Shown here one piece after another: positions 24,544 to 32,000 of a stretch of 32,000 bases of DNA. The DNA comes from Staphylothermus hellenicus DSM 12710 (GTDB lineage Archaea > Thermoproteota > Thermoprotei_A > Sulfolobales > Desulfurococcaceae). The translations under genes and the position numbers were made by a program. The notes beneath the pieces were generated by a model that did not search any database, was not told the origin of the DNA, and saw only the letters and a list, made by a program, of their open reading frames with translations. The stretch lies in NCBI RefSeq assembly GCF_000092465.1, contig NC_014205.1:600001-632000 (forward strand), given 5' to 3'. The number at the start of each line of letters is the position of its first letter. Position 1 is the first letter of the stretch.

Positions 24544-27372
24544 ATGAATTATAAATATGTATCACTCATACTATTAGCCATACTAGTATTATCCATACTA
24601 ACCCCTTCAGTGATGGGAATTAAGAATGCAACAGCTAATACCCAGAATACTATGAAGAAACTTGTTGTAGCTGTGGATCTTGCTCATGGTGAAAGCGACA
24701 AATACCTATCATATATTGAAGGCAATATTACATGGGTTGAATGGAGAGAAATCACAGAAGCAATAACACCTGATACATTATCAGATGTCGACGTATTGAT
24801 TCTTGGCCAGCCAACATCTGCATTGTCACCAGATGAGATGATGGCAATCAGAGACTGGCTGGCACAAGGCAACAAGGTTCTGTGGGTAGCCGGTGACAGC
24901 GATTATGGTGGTGGGCCATCTACACAGCAAGCATGCAATGATCTATTAGAGTTTCTCGGAGCAAAGCTAAGATTAGAACTTGCTGCTGTGTATGATGATA
25001 TTCATAATGCTCAGAGATATTACCGTGTAATAACACAGGTAGTACCCGATGAAAACATGGTGCTAAGAACAGATCTCATCTCCGCCGGCATATCCAAGCC
25101 TGTATTGATGCATGGTCCTGATGCTGTTATTTGGGTTGATGAATCCGGAAACTATCATGACCCAGTAAACGAGAAATTCCCAGGACTAATAAGAATAGTA
25201 TGGAGCTACGACACAGCATATATAGGCGACAATAATGAGCCGACCCCACTACTCTATAACCCACTATTCTACGGACAAGGCACAGGTAATCATACATTCG
25301 TTATGGTGGCGGGAGAATACTGGAACGAGACAAACAACATGATTATTGTAAGTGGTGAGTCGCCTTATGGCGACTACGAACCAATGTATTCATGGGAATA
25401 CTATAACGTATCACTAGACGGACCCAAATTCATAAAGAACATGATTACCTGGTTTGATTACTTAGTAAATATTTTGCCATCTATTCCAAGAATAACTGTA
25501 GCTGTGGATCTTGCTCATGGTGAAAGCGACAAATACCTATCATATATCATGGGCAACATAACATTTGTTAACTGGAAAACAATAGATACAACAATAACCC
25601 CTGACGAGCTAAACGGCGTTGATGTATTGATTCTTGGCCAGCCAACATCTGCATTGTCACCAGATGAGATGATGGCAATCAGAGACTGGCTAGCTACTGG
25701 AAATAAAGCATTATGGGTTGCTGGAGACAGTGACTACGGCGGTGGCCCATCTACACAACAGGCCTGTAATGACTTACTAGAATACCTAGGTGCGAAATTG
25801 AGGCTAGAACTTGCTGCTGTGTATGATGATATTCATAATGCTCAGAGATATTACCGTGTAATAACACGCGTAATGCCCGACAATGCTACAGAATTAAAGA
25901 CAGACATAATATCCATGGGCATATCCAAGCCTGTATTGATGCATGGTCCTGATGCTGTTATTTGGGTTGATGAATCCGGAAACTATCATGACCCAGTAAA
26001 CGAGAAATTCCCAGGACTAATAAGAATAGTATGGAGCTACGACACAGCATATATAGGCGACAATAATGAGCCGACCCCACTACTCTATAACCCACTATTC
26101 TACGGACAAGGAACCGGCAACCACACATTTGTAATGGTCGCTGCCGAGTATTGGAATGAATCAAATGATATCATAGTCGTAAGTGGTGAGTCGCCTTATG
26201 GCGACTACGAACCAATGTATTCATGGGAATACTATAACGTATCACTAGACGGACCCAAATATATAGCAAATATGATAACATGGTTCGCTATCAACCTTAA
26301 ACCTGCAGCTCCCCAACTCACACTCATAGGAGAACTAACAGACCCCGAAGGCGACGATAATGGTTATGGAAACATAACATATCCAACCAACGAAGTGTTC
26401 CAGCCCGGAGTCTTTGACATGCTAAAATTCGGAGTATACGAAGATTCCGATAACGTATACTTTAAAGTCACAGTTAAGAACTCAGGAGACAATCCATGGA
26501 GCGGTCCCAATGGGTTCTGTCTACAACACATACAGATCTATATGTTGACAACAGATGATGCGTTACCGAAGAACACCTCTACCATTGGCTTAAACGTTGA
26601 GATCTGGCATGGATGGAACTATGTATTATTAATGGTGCCAGGCTGGGATACTGCCCCAGTACCAAAGGGACAATTATCAGCACTATATGATGCAACAGGG
26701 AAACTACTAGCAGTTGAAACACTCAACAACACAATAGATGTCTATCTTGATCCATCAGACAATAACACCATCGTCGCCAAGATAAGTAAATCCCTGCTCG
26801 CGGATGTAGGCAATATTAAGGATTGGGTATTCGTTGTAGCACTGGCAGGATACGATGGATACGCACCCTACAAGGTGAGAAGCATAGTAGCTGGGAATTC
26901 AACAGAGTGGAACTTTGGTGGAGGAGATCCTGAAGCAATCAATGCAGGAGTACAACCGATGATAATTGATCTTCTGGCACCAACAGCGCAAGACCAATAC
27001 AACATGCTGTCAAGCTATGATGCAGCCGCCAACTCAACGGCCATAATCGGAGGTGTAAAATTATCAACTGGTGAATTAATGACACCACCTACACCAACCA
27101 CAACTACAACAACAACCACAACACCTCCAGCAACAACTACAACCACGACTACGACTACTACCACGACCACTACTACTACAACTGTTCCACCAACTACTAC
27201 GACCACGACTACTACAACTACAACCACTACACCAACTACAACTACAACAACTACGACGCCGGCAGCTGCGGGTGGAGGAATTAGTGCGACAACGTGGGGA
27301 GTAATAATAACAATAATCATAATCATCATAATAGCAATAATAGCATGGTATTACTATGCAAGAAAGAAATAA
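24544..27372 (+). CDS. Large surface-anchored protein: signal peptide, 2 x 277-aa DUF4350/GldG-like modules, a glucodextranase-C-like module, a poly-Thr stalk and a C-terminal TM
   Basis: 942 aa; ATG with GGGTGA 8 nt upstream. The repeated module 'VAVDLAHGESDKY...VDVLILGQPTSALSPDEMMAIRDWLAxGNKxLWVAGDSDYGGG' fits the DUF4350-type pattern. 'DPEGDDNGYGNITYPTNEVFQPGVFDMLKFGVYEDSDNVYFKVTVKNSGDNPWSGPNGFCLQHIQIYM' resembles the glucodextranase C-terminal (SLH-like) module. The tail is 'WGVIITIIIIIIIAIIAWYYYARKK'. Confidence 0.8.
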   Translation: MNYKYVSLILLAILVLSILTPSVMGIKNATANTQNTMKKLVVAVDLAHGESDKYLSYIEGNITWVEWREITEAITPDTLSDVDVLILGQPTSALSPDEMMAIRDWLAQGNKVLWVAGDSDYGGGPSTQQACNDLLEFLGAKLRLELAAVYDDIHNAQRYYRVITQVVPDENMVLRTDLISAGISKPVLMHGPDAVIWVDESGNYHDPVNEKFPGLIRIVWSYDTAYIGDNNEPTPLLYNPLFYGQGTGNHTFVMVAGEYWNETNNMIIVSGESPYGDYEPMYSWEYYNVSLDGPKFIKNMITWFDYLVNILPSIPRITVAVDLAHGESDKYLSYIMGNITFVNWKTIDTTITPDELNGVDVLILGQPTSALSPDEMMAIRDWLATGNKALWVAGDSDYGGGPSTQQACNDLLEYLGAKLRLELAAVYDDIHNAQRYYRVITRVMPDNATELKTDIISMGISKPVLMHGPDAVIWVDESGNYHDPVNEKFPGLIRIVWSYDTAYIGDNNEPTPLLYNPLFYGQGTGNHTFVMVAAEYWNESNDIIVVSGESPYGDYEPMYSWEYYNVSLDGPKYIANMITWFAINLKPAAPQLTLIGELTDPEGDDNGYGNITYPTNEVFQPGVFDMLKFGVYEDSDNVYFKVTVKNSGDNPWSGPNGFCLQHIQIYMLTTDDALPKNTSTIGLNVEIWHGWNYVLLMVPGWDTAPVPKGQLSALYDATGKLLAVETLNNTIDVYLDPSDNNTIVAKISKSLLADVGNIKDWVFVVALAGYDGYAPYKVRSIVAGNSTEWNFGGGDPEAINAGVQPMIIDLLAPTAQDQYNMLSSYDAAANSTAIIGGVKLSTGELMTPPTPTTTTTTTTTPPATTTTTTTTTTTTTTTTTVPPTTTTTTTTTTTTTPTTTTTTTTPAAAGGGISATTWGVIITIIIIIIIAIIAWYYYARKK
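24667..26286 (+). repeat. In-frame tandem duplication, period 831 bp (277 codons), inside the 942-aa gene
   Basis: Copy 1 starts at 24667 and copy 2 at 25498. The exactly identical blocks are 24667-24717/25498-25548, 24793-24860/25624-25691, 24974-25036/25805-25867, 25087-25280/25918-26111 and 25348-25429/26179-26260. Confidence 0.95.
27082..27260 (+). repeat. Low-complexity ACN-codon tract (poly-Thr stalk of the 942-aa protein)
   Basis: It encodes 'TPPTPTTTTTTTTTPPATTTTTTTTTTTTTTTTTVPPTTTTTTTTTTTTTPTTTTTTTTPAA'. Mixed ACA/ACT/ACC/ACG codons are used. Confidence 0.9.
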
Positions 27373-27396
27373 GCAAATAACCAAGAGATAAACACT

Positions 27397-27425
27397 AAAA
27401 AATATTTTATTTTTTCTAAAAACCA
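27397..27425. terminator. Bidirectional oligo-T / oligo-A terminator region between convergent surface-protein genes
   Basis: 'ctaaaaaatattttattttttctaaaaacc' gives T4AT6 on the + strand (27406-27416) and T6 on the minus strand (complement of 27398-27403). Archaeal termination typically occurs at oligo-T tracts. Confidence 0.5.
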
Positions 27426-27446
27426 TCATTTATTCTTTAAACCTAC

Positions 27447-29624
27447 TCATTTCCTCCTCATCAATAATACTGCAACAGCAATTACTATTATTACAACAAT
27501 AACACTAACAAGAACACCAGTATAGTTTACTTGTGCCTGTCCCGTAGTAGGCGGTGGAGCTGTAGTAGTTGGTGATCCAGTTGTTAGCGGCGGAGATATT
27601 GTTGTAGTTGTAGTAGTTGTTGGAGTTGCTGGTGGTGTTGTAGTAGTGGTAGTGGTGGACGTTGTTGTCGTGGTTGTGGTGGTGGTAGTAGTCGTTGTCG
27701 GAGATGTTGTGGTTGTTGGCAGGGTCGTTGTTGTCGTGGTTGTCGTTGTGGTTGTAGTTGGTGTATATCCTCTCGGGTAAAATGTTATATTGAAGGCTTT
27801 CTCTACAGTATTGCCGGCATAGTCTGTTGCATTAATTATTAATGTTATTGTTAATGGTTCTTCGCCTGTAAACTTTAGCTTTAACCTGTATGTATCCTGT
27901 GAATAATACTCTAGTGTCTGAGGGTATTCTTCGCCGTTATATATTAGTGTTGCATGTACATCTTTCACTCCCCAACCAATATCCTTGATCTCGAAGTAGA
28001 ATGTATTTACCGCGTTGAGAGTAGGTGTTTCTGGAACGGATAATTTAAGCGTTATTTCCGGCGGTGTTGCGTCTTCATAGTTATATATTGCGAATCCTAA
28101 TGTTGAATTAATCGGTAGTTTAACATGTAATGCTACATAGGCAATGCCGTTTACTATTTTATAGTCTAATAGCTCAACATTAGCCATGTTCTCGCTTTCA
28201 AGAGTCTTAACACCCACTAGATCTCCGGACCACGGCAGGGCAAACACTACGTTTCCATCCAAGTTAAGGTTCGGTATATAATTGCTTACTTCAAATACAT
28301 ATGCATTTGATGATTCTACAAACATTCCTTGATAATATGGTGGCCAGTTCGGTATTGAATTGTAAACTTCAGTTCTAGAATAGTTCTTAAATCCTACAAA
28401 CCATGGTGGAGCATATGGGAATGTTAGGTTGAATTTGGCGAGATTAATATTGAAGTATTGTAGTCCATCATACGTACCTGTGCTGTGAGCGAATGTCGTT
28501 GTTGTTATAAAGTATGTTGTGGTATTAGTCCTAGTACTATGGAATACTACGTATTGGTCACGGTGTATGTGGCCTGCTAAGACAAGAGATATATTGTAGT
28601 CTTCGCATAGCTTCAAGAAATACCTTGTAGCGGTAAGGTTTGCTCCCCAATAATAGCTGACCGGGGAGCTACTGTATTTGTGTGGGTCAGCTATTATAGA
28701 AGAATTATATGTCATCCATAACTCTCCCTGCCAGAAGAATACTGGGTGATGTAACTGGATAATTTTGATGGGGATGTTCTCGTATTCTTCCAGAATATTT
28801 GTTAGCCATTTTAATTGGTTCCAATCAGGATATCCTTGATCACCACGTGTATTTAGCGCTGCCACTAGTATTTTATCCCCTATCACCCTGTACCAAGTAG
28901 TTGAGCCATAGAATTTTATATAGTTATCATTTGGCCAATCATGGTTTCCAGGATTTAATAGGACTGGGTATGGGTAGAGGAACGCGTATCTATAAGCTAC
29001 AGATTGTATATATTGTTTATACGATGCAGTATCAGCTTCGTCTCCAGTATTAATTATTAGGTCTGGGGATAGTATTTGCGTCATCAACATTCCTGTAAAT
29101 CTCTTATAGCTTCCATGGAGCTCGTCTGGATACCCTGTTCCAAAGTGTAGATCGGAGATGTGAACAACCCTTAAGACATCTGCTAAATTAGTTATCACCC
29201 ATACACTTCTAGGGATAAAGTATTCTTTGCTACCATATAGTACTAAATCATATAATCCTCCAGCAACGTTGCCTGGAACTTGTACAGTATAGTTGACACC
29301 ACTACCACTAACTTGCACAGTATAATTGTATAAAACCAGTTGTGGTCCTTCAAGCTTTAACATGTACATGTAGCCGCCGGTAATTGTTTGTGGTGTGTGA
29401 TCTTGCTTGAATATAACCGTGAAAGTGTCGCCGGGGAACACTATTGCTGGTTTACCTGGACCAATATTCTCTGTTGGGAGTCCCTTGCTTGGTGCTAGTG
29501 ATTCAAGCTCTGGTAGAGGTGTTGGCGTCGCTGTTGTGCTGGACATATAGGTCGGAGTTATAGCAATAACAGATACTACTGATAGAACGATCAATACGAA
29601 TAAGATTCCTGCATTAAACCTCAT
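27447..29624 (-). CDS. Surface-anchored calcineurin-like metallophosphoesterase with a poly-Thr stalk and C-terminal TM
   Basis: 725 aa with a signal peptide 'MRFNAGILFVLIVLSVVSVIA'. The metallophosphoesterase motif series is 'VVHISDLHFG', 'NTGDEAD', 'NPGNHDW', 'QLHHP' and 'AGHIHRD'. A beta-rich C-terminal domain follows, then a Thr/Pro tract of about 75 aa and 'VLVSVIVVIIVIAVAVLLMRRK'. Confidence 0.85.
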   Translation of the reverse strand: MRFNAGILFVLIVLSVVSVIAITPTYMSSTTATPTPLPELESLAPSKGLPTENIGPGKPAIVFPGDTFTVIFKQDHTPQTITGGYMYMLKLEGPQLVLYNYTVQVSGSGVNYTVQVPGNVAGGLYDLVLYGSKEYFIPRSVWVITNLADVLRVVHISDLHFGTGYPDELHGSYKRFTGMLMTQILSPDLIINTGDEADTASYKQYIQSVAYRYAFLYPYPVLLNPGNHDWPNDNYIKFYGSTTWYRVIGDKILVAALNTRGDQGYPDWNQLKWLTNILEEYENIPIKIIQLHHPVFFWQGELWMTYNSSIIADPHKYSSSPVSYYWGANLTATRYFLKLCEDYNISLVLAGHIHRDQYVVFHSTRTNTTTYFITTTTFAHSTGTYDGLQYFNINLAKFNLTFPYAPPWFVGFKNYSRTEVYNSIPNWPPYYQGMFVESSNAYVFEVSNYIPNLNLDGNVVFALPWSGDLVGVKTLESENMANVELLDYKIVNGIAYVALHVKLPINSTLGFAIYNYEDATPPEITLKLSVPETPTLNAVNTFYFEIKDIGWGVKDVHATLIYNGEEYPQTLEYYSQDTYRLKLKFTGEEPLTITLIINATDYAGNTVEKAFNITFYPRGYTPTTTTTTTTTTTTLPTTTTSPTTTTTTTTTTTTTSTTTTTTTPPATPTTTTTTTISPPLTTGSPTTTAPPPTTGQAQVNYTGVLVSVIVVIIVIAVAVLLMRRK
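27541..27765 (-). repeat. Low-complexity ACN-codon tract (poly-Thr/Pro stalk of the metallophosphoesterase)
   Basis: The + strand is GTN-rich. The minus-strand translation is 'TPTTTTTTTTTTTTLPTTTTSPTTTTTTTTTTTTTSTTTTTTTPPATPTTTTTTTISPPLTTGSPTTTAPPPTTG'. Confidence 0.9.
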
Positions 29625-29721
29625 ACCTACATCACCTTCCTTTGAATAAAATATTATTTAACAGCGTAAAATAATTATTACTCCGCTCAATAGAAAAATA
29701 GGATATGAAGAGGGAATATAA

Positions 29722-30162
29722 TTGCCTAACCTAAATAGGCGTAGAGGATTCGCACACGAAAGAGATCTTTTACTAAAACTATGGCGTAGAGGATTCGCTG
29801 TAATAAGAGCACCCGCTAGTGGGGCCAAAGCTAGAAGATTCGCTGTTCCAGATATTGTAGCGATAAAAAATAATAGAGTTCTAGCATTTGAGGTTAAAAC
29901 TGCTGAGAAAAAGAAAACAATATATATACCTAAGCATCAAGTCGAAAAACTACTTGTTTTTATTAGAAGAGCTGGGGGCTATGGATTCATAGCTGTTAAG
30001 ATAGTTGGAGAATCTGGTTGGCGATTTATAGAAGTAGATAAACTGGAGAAAACAGCGTCGGGGAATTATAAGGTATCACCAGACATGTTGGTTAAATCAT
30101 TTAAACTAGGCGATCTAGTATCGTTTGTTCAGGGGAATAAGAGGATCGACGAATATATTTAG
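29722..30162 (+). CDS. hjc: Holliday junction resolvase Hjc
   Basis: 146 aa with a TTG start. 'RRGFAHERDLLLKLWRRGFAVIRAPASGA', 'VPDIVAIKNNRVLAFEVKT' and 'TIYIPKHQVEKLLVFIRRAGG' match the Hjc nuclease core (E...PD...ExK) and the overall layout of Sulfolobus Hjc. Confidence 0.92.
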   Translation: MPNLNRRRGFAHERDLLLKLWRRGFAVIRAPASGAKARRFAVPDIVAIKNNRVLAFEVKTAEKKKTIYIPKHQVEKLLVFIRRAGGYGFIAVKIVGESGWRFIEVDKLEKTASGNYKVSPDMLVKSFKLGDLVSFVQGNKRIDEYI

Positions 30163-30389
30163 AAGCTTTTAGCTAGCTCTAAGAACTTCTTGGATAAGTC
30201 CTCTAAATTATTAAGGTTTAATCTAGCAGCCAAATATAGTCTTTTCATCTTAGGAACAACGGCTATATGATCAATAATTAACGGGTTTTCAAGGCCTTTA
30301 ACAAAATTCAATATTTTCTCGAGTAATGAGCGATGAGTATATATTAAATAATAGCTTTTGCCCCCGATCTTTATGTTTTCTACCCGCAT
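30159..30389 (-). CDS. Hypothetical small protein (76 aa)
   Basis: The ORF has an ATG start and overlaps the convergent hjc by 4 nt at its 3' end. The sequence looks protein-like, but no motif was recognised. Confidence 0.35.
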   Translation of the reverse strand: MRVENIKIGGKSYYLIYTHRSLLEKILNFVKGLENPLIIDHIAVVPKMKRLYLAARLNLNNLEDLSKKFLELAKSF

Positions 30390-30705
30390 CTTCTCAATTC
30401 CATGAATACTATGTTTTATTTGATTCTCCGGGAAAGTTTTTTGTCTTTAGAATAATTAATTACCATGAATATTTTATCTTATCTATTAATTCCTCTAGAT
30501 CTCTAGGTTCTCTTGGAAAATATGGGATCTCGACAAATTTTTCGCTGGGAAACTTGTTCCGTGCTAAACTTGGTGCTTCTTCTTGATCTGTATTATATGG
30601 TTATTCTCCTAACATAAATAACTTTTTTATTCTATTATTTAGTGAAAACTAGTGGATCAATTGAGGAAGTAATGAATTCTTAGTATGAATAGGGTTGTAT
30701 TTATA

Positions 30706-32000
30706 TTATGCTATTCTTATTCTTATCGGCACATTATATCTATCCTCAATTTTTCTAAGTCTTCTTATCTTTTTATTATAGGTTTTAATAAGATTTCTCG
30801 GAATAATTACTAAGATGCCATTGTTTTCCACTCTTATCTCGGCTCGTGGAAGCATTCTTTGTATTCTGCGAGCCAATCTGTCGAGTAGTCCTAGTCCTGC
30901 TTTTTCATAGAATTTCTTGACTGGGACAACTACTGTTTGCTCGCCAAAAGTGTATATTTCGTATTCTAGCTCATCTGTTAAAAAGTCTCTTACCTCAACA
31001 ACCGGTCTACTTAGCTCAGCTTCTTTCAGCCCTGTTGGCAGTTTAACAGTCATTTTCACCTCATATACTTTGTCTACATAGCCGTTTTTGATGAATATAA
31101 CAGTATCTATTAGGCTCGGAATCATTCCTAGTTCTACTCTTCCAATAAACCTCTGAATTGCATCTATAGGTGTTGTTGCATGTACTACTCCAATCATTCC
31201 TATGCCTGCCAGTCTTAGATCCGAATATAGTTTGAAGTCTTCATCACTACGCATCTCATCGAATACTGTATAATCCGGTCTTGATAGGAGGAGTATATCA
31301 TGCAGTTCTCCTAGGTCAGCATAGTTCTTACTATACTGAGTTATCCCTGGGGGGAGATTCATGTCACGCGGCGACTCTATTGTTTTAACAACTTTTCCTT
31401 GTTTCATATAGTATTCTGCAAGTGCTTGTGCAAATGTCGTCTTACCCATTCCAGGGGCTCCAGCTATAAGTATTCCTTCAGCTCTCTCATTCAACCTCTG
31501 AATGAGTTTAGCAGGTAAATTATAGTCTTCTAAACTAAGTTTTTTAAGTGGGCGAACAGCTGTTATCTCCCACCCATCACTTAGTGGTGGACGCGTAATT
31601 ATGATCCTATATGTTCCGAGCTGTACTATGGTTGATCCAAAACGATCGATCTCTATGAAACCATCAGGCCTGCTCTTCGCCTGCTCAATAATATTATTGG
31701 CAATCTCCTCTAAGTCCCTACGGGTTAATGGTTTGTCATGGATGGTCTCATATACCCAATCACCAGGCCTACCCTTCTTAGCAATAGGTGGAACCCCTTC
31801 TTTCAAATGAACACTCATAGTTATATTGTCGAAGAACTCTTCTAGAACCAAACGAGTTTTTATAGATGGCTGAATAAAAATTACCTGCATACCCATGGTT
31901 TCAGCAACTTCAGCTTGAACCTTATCACCTGTTATAAGTGTTGCACCAAGCTCATAAGCATAGTCTCTAATCATCGCATCAATAGCTTCTGATCCGAGAT
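30706..32000 (-). CDS. PIN domain / PilT-type ATPase / KH domain protein (archaeal COG1855-like), 5'-truncated by the window edge
   Basis: The frame stays open beyond the listed Met to base 32000 ('...LGSEAIDAMIRDYAYELGATLITGDKVQ' is the end of a PIN domain). It has Walker A 'GAPGMGKTT', Walker-B-like 'DYTVFDEMR', 'GVVHATTPIDAIQRF' and a C-terminal KH-like tail. Confidence 0.85.
   Translation of the reverse strand, partial: LGSEAIDAMIRDYAYELGATLITGDKVQAEVAETMGMQVIFIQPSIKTRLVLEEFFDNITMSVHLKEGVPPIAKKGRPGDWVYETIHDKPLTRRDLEEIANNIIEQAKSRPDGFIEIDRFGSTIVQLGTYRIIITRPPLSDGWEITAVRPLKKLSLEDYNLPAKLIQRLNERAEGILIAGAPGMGKTTFAQALAEYYMKQGKVVKTIESPRDMNLPPGITQYSKNYADLGELHDILLLSRPDYTVFDEMRSDEDFKLYSDLRLAGIGMIGVVHATTPIDAIQRFIGRVELGMIPSLIDTVIFIKNGYVDKVYEVKMTVKLPTGLKEAELSRPVVEVRDFLTDELEYEIYTFGEQTVVVPVKKFYEKAGLGLLDRLARRIQRMLPRAEIRVENNGILVIIPRNLIKTYNKKIRRLRKIEDRYNVPIRIRIA

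Noticed and set aside
27015-27429. Minus-strand ORFs of 104 and 117 aa (poly-Val/Gly and Cys/Ser/Arg-rich), antisense to the 3' end of the 942-aa gene.
   Set aside because: They are mirror images of the ACN (Thr) codon tract, which reads as GTN or NGT on the opposite strand. Their composition is extreme and low-complexity, and they lie entirely inside a well-supported gene. The same applies to ORF 22667..22921 (+), antisense to the binding-protein stalk.
22627-29624. PGF-CTERM / archaeosortase-type sorting signals on the three stalked exoproteins.
   Set aside because: The C-termini lack a PGF (or PEF/VPXXXP) motif before the hydrophobic helix. The simplest reading is a plain C-terminal TM anchor, as known for Sulfolobales binding proteins.

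Overview
This is a 32-kb chromosomal window from an AT-rich archaeon. Gene content points to a hyperthermophilic crenarchaeon (Thermoproteota, Desulfurococcales-like): ribosomal protein L13e, Hjc resolvase, box C/D sRNAs, class-I HMG-CoA reductase, DUF211, a CRISPR repeat ending in ATTGAAGG, and exoproteins with a poly-Thr stalk plus C-terminal TM anchor. This placement is an inference. All calls rest on motifs read from the supplied translations and on manual reading of the DNA; no database search was possible.

Most of the window is housekeeping:
- A GT4 (AglH-like) transferase (partial), hmgA, upp, a MobA/MocA-like nucleotidyltransferase and an ABC-2 exporter pair.
- M17 leucyl aminopeptidase, a DUF47 protein, rpl13e, DUF211 and an MJ0936-type phosphodiesterase.
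- A stomatin-NfeD operon, an HD hydrolase, hjc and a PIN-PilT-type ATPase (partial).

The non-routine content is:
1. An orphan two-spacer mini-CRISPR array with a G-depleted leader. It abuts a heavily decayed hypD pseudogene with a frameshift, in-frame stops, an internal deletion and Cys-to-Tyr changes in catalytic motifs.
2. Two tandem box C/D sRNAs that run up to the start of a membrane-protein/phosphodiesterase operon.
3. Several GC-rich structured islands in AT-rich spacers. One carries a sense-strand 16S-rRNA-like 18-mer. Another, just after rpl13e, has mutually exclusive helices.
4. An accessory-looking surface locus (about 18.5-29.6 kb). It holds an ABC importer (binding protein, fused double permease with an extra N-terminal 4-TM block, ATPase), a translationally adjacent HD hydrolase, a 725-aa surface-anchored metallophosphoesterase and a 942-aa surface protein.
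5. Within the 942-aa protein, two 277-aa DUF4350-like modules are encoded by an 831-bp tandem duplication. Its DNA alternates between 100%-identical blocks and synonymously saturated blocks, a gene-conversion signature.

I found no complete, recognisable defence or mobile-element system. The surface locus is my best candidate for an undescribed functional module, and its function is inferred rather than demonstrated.
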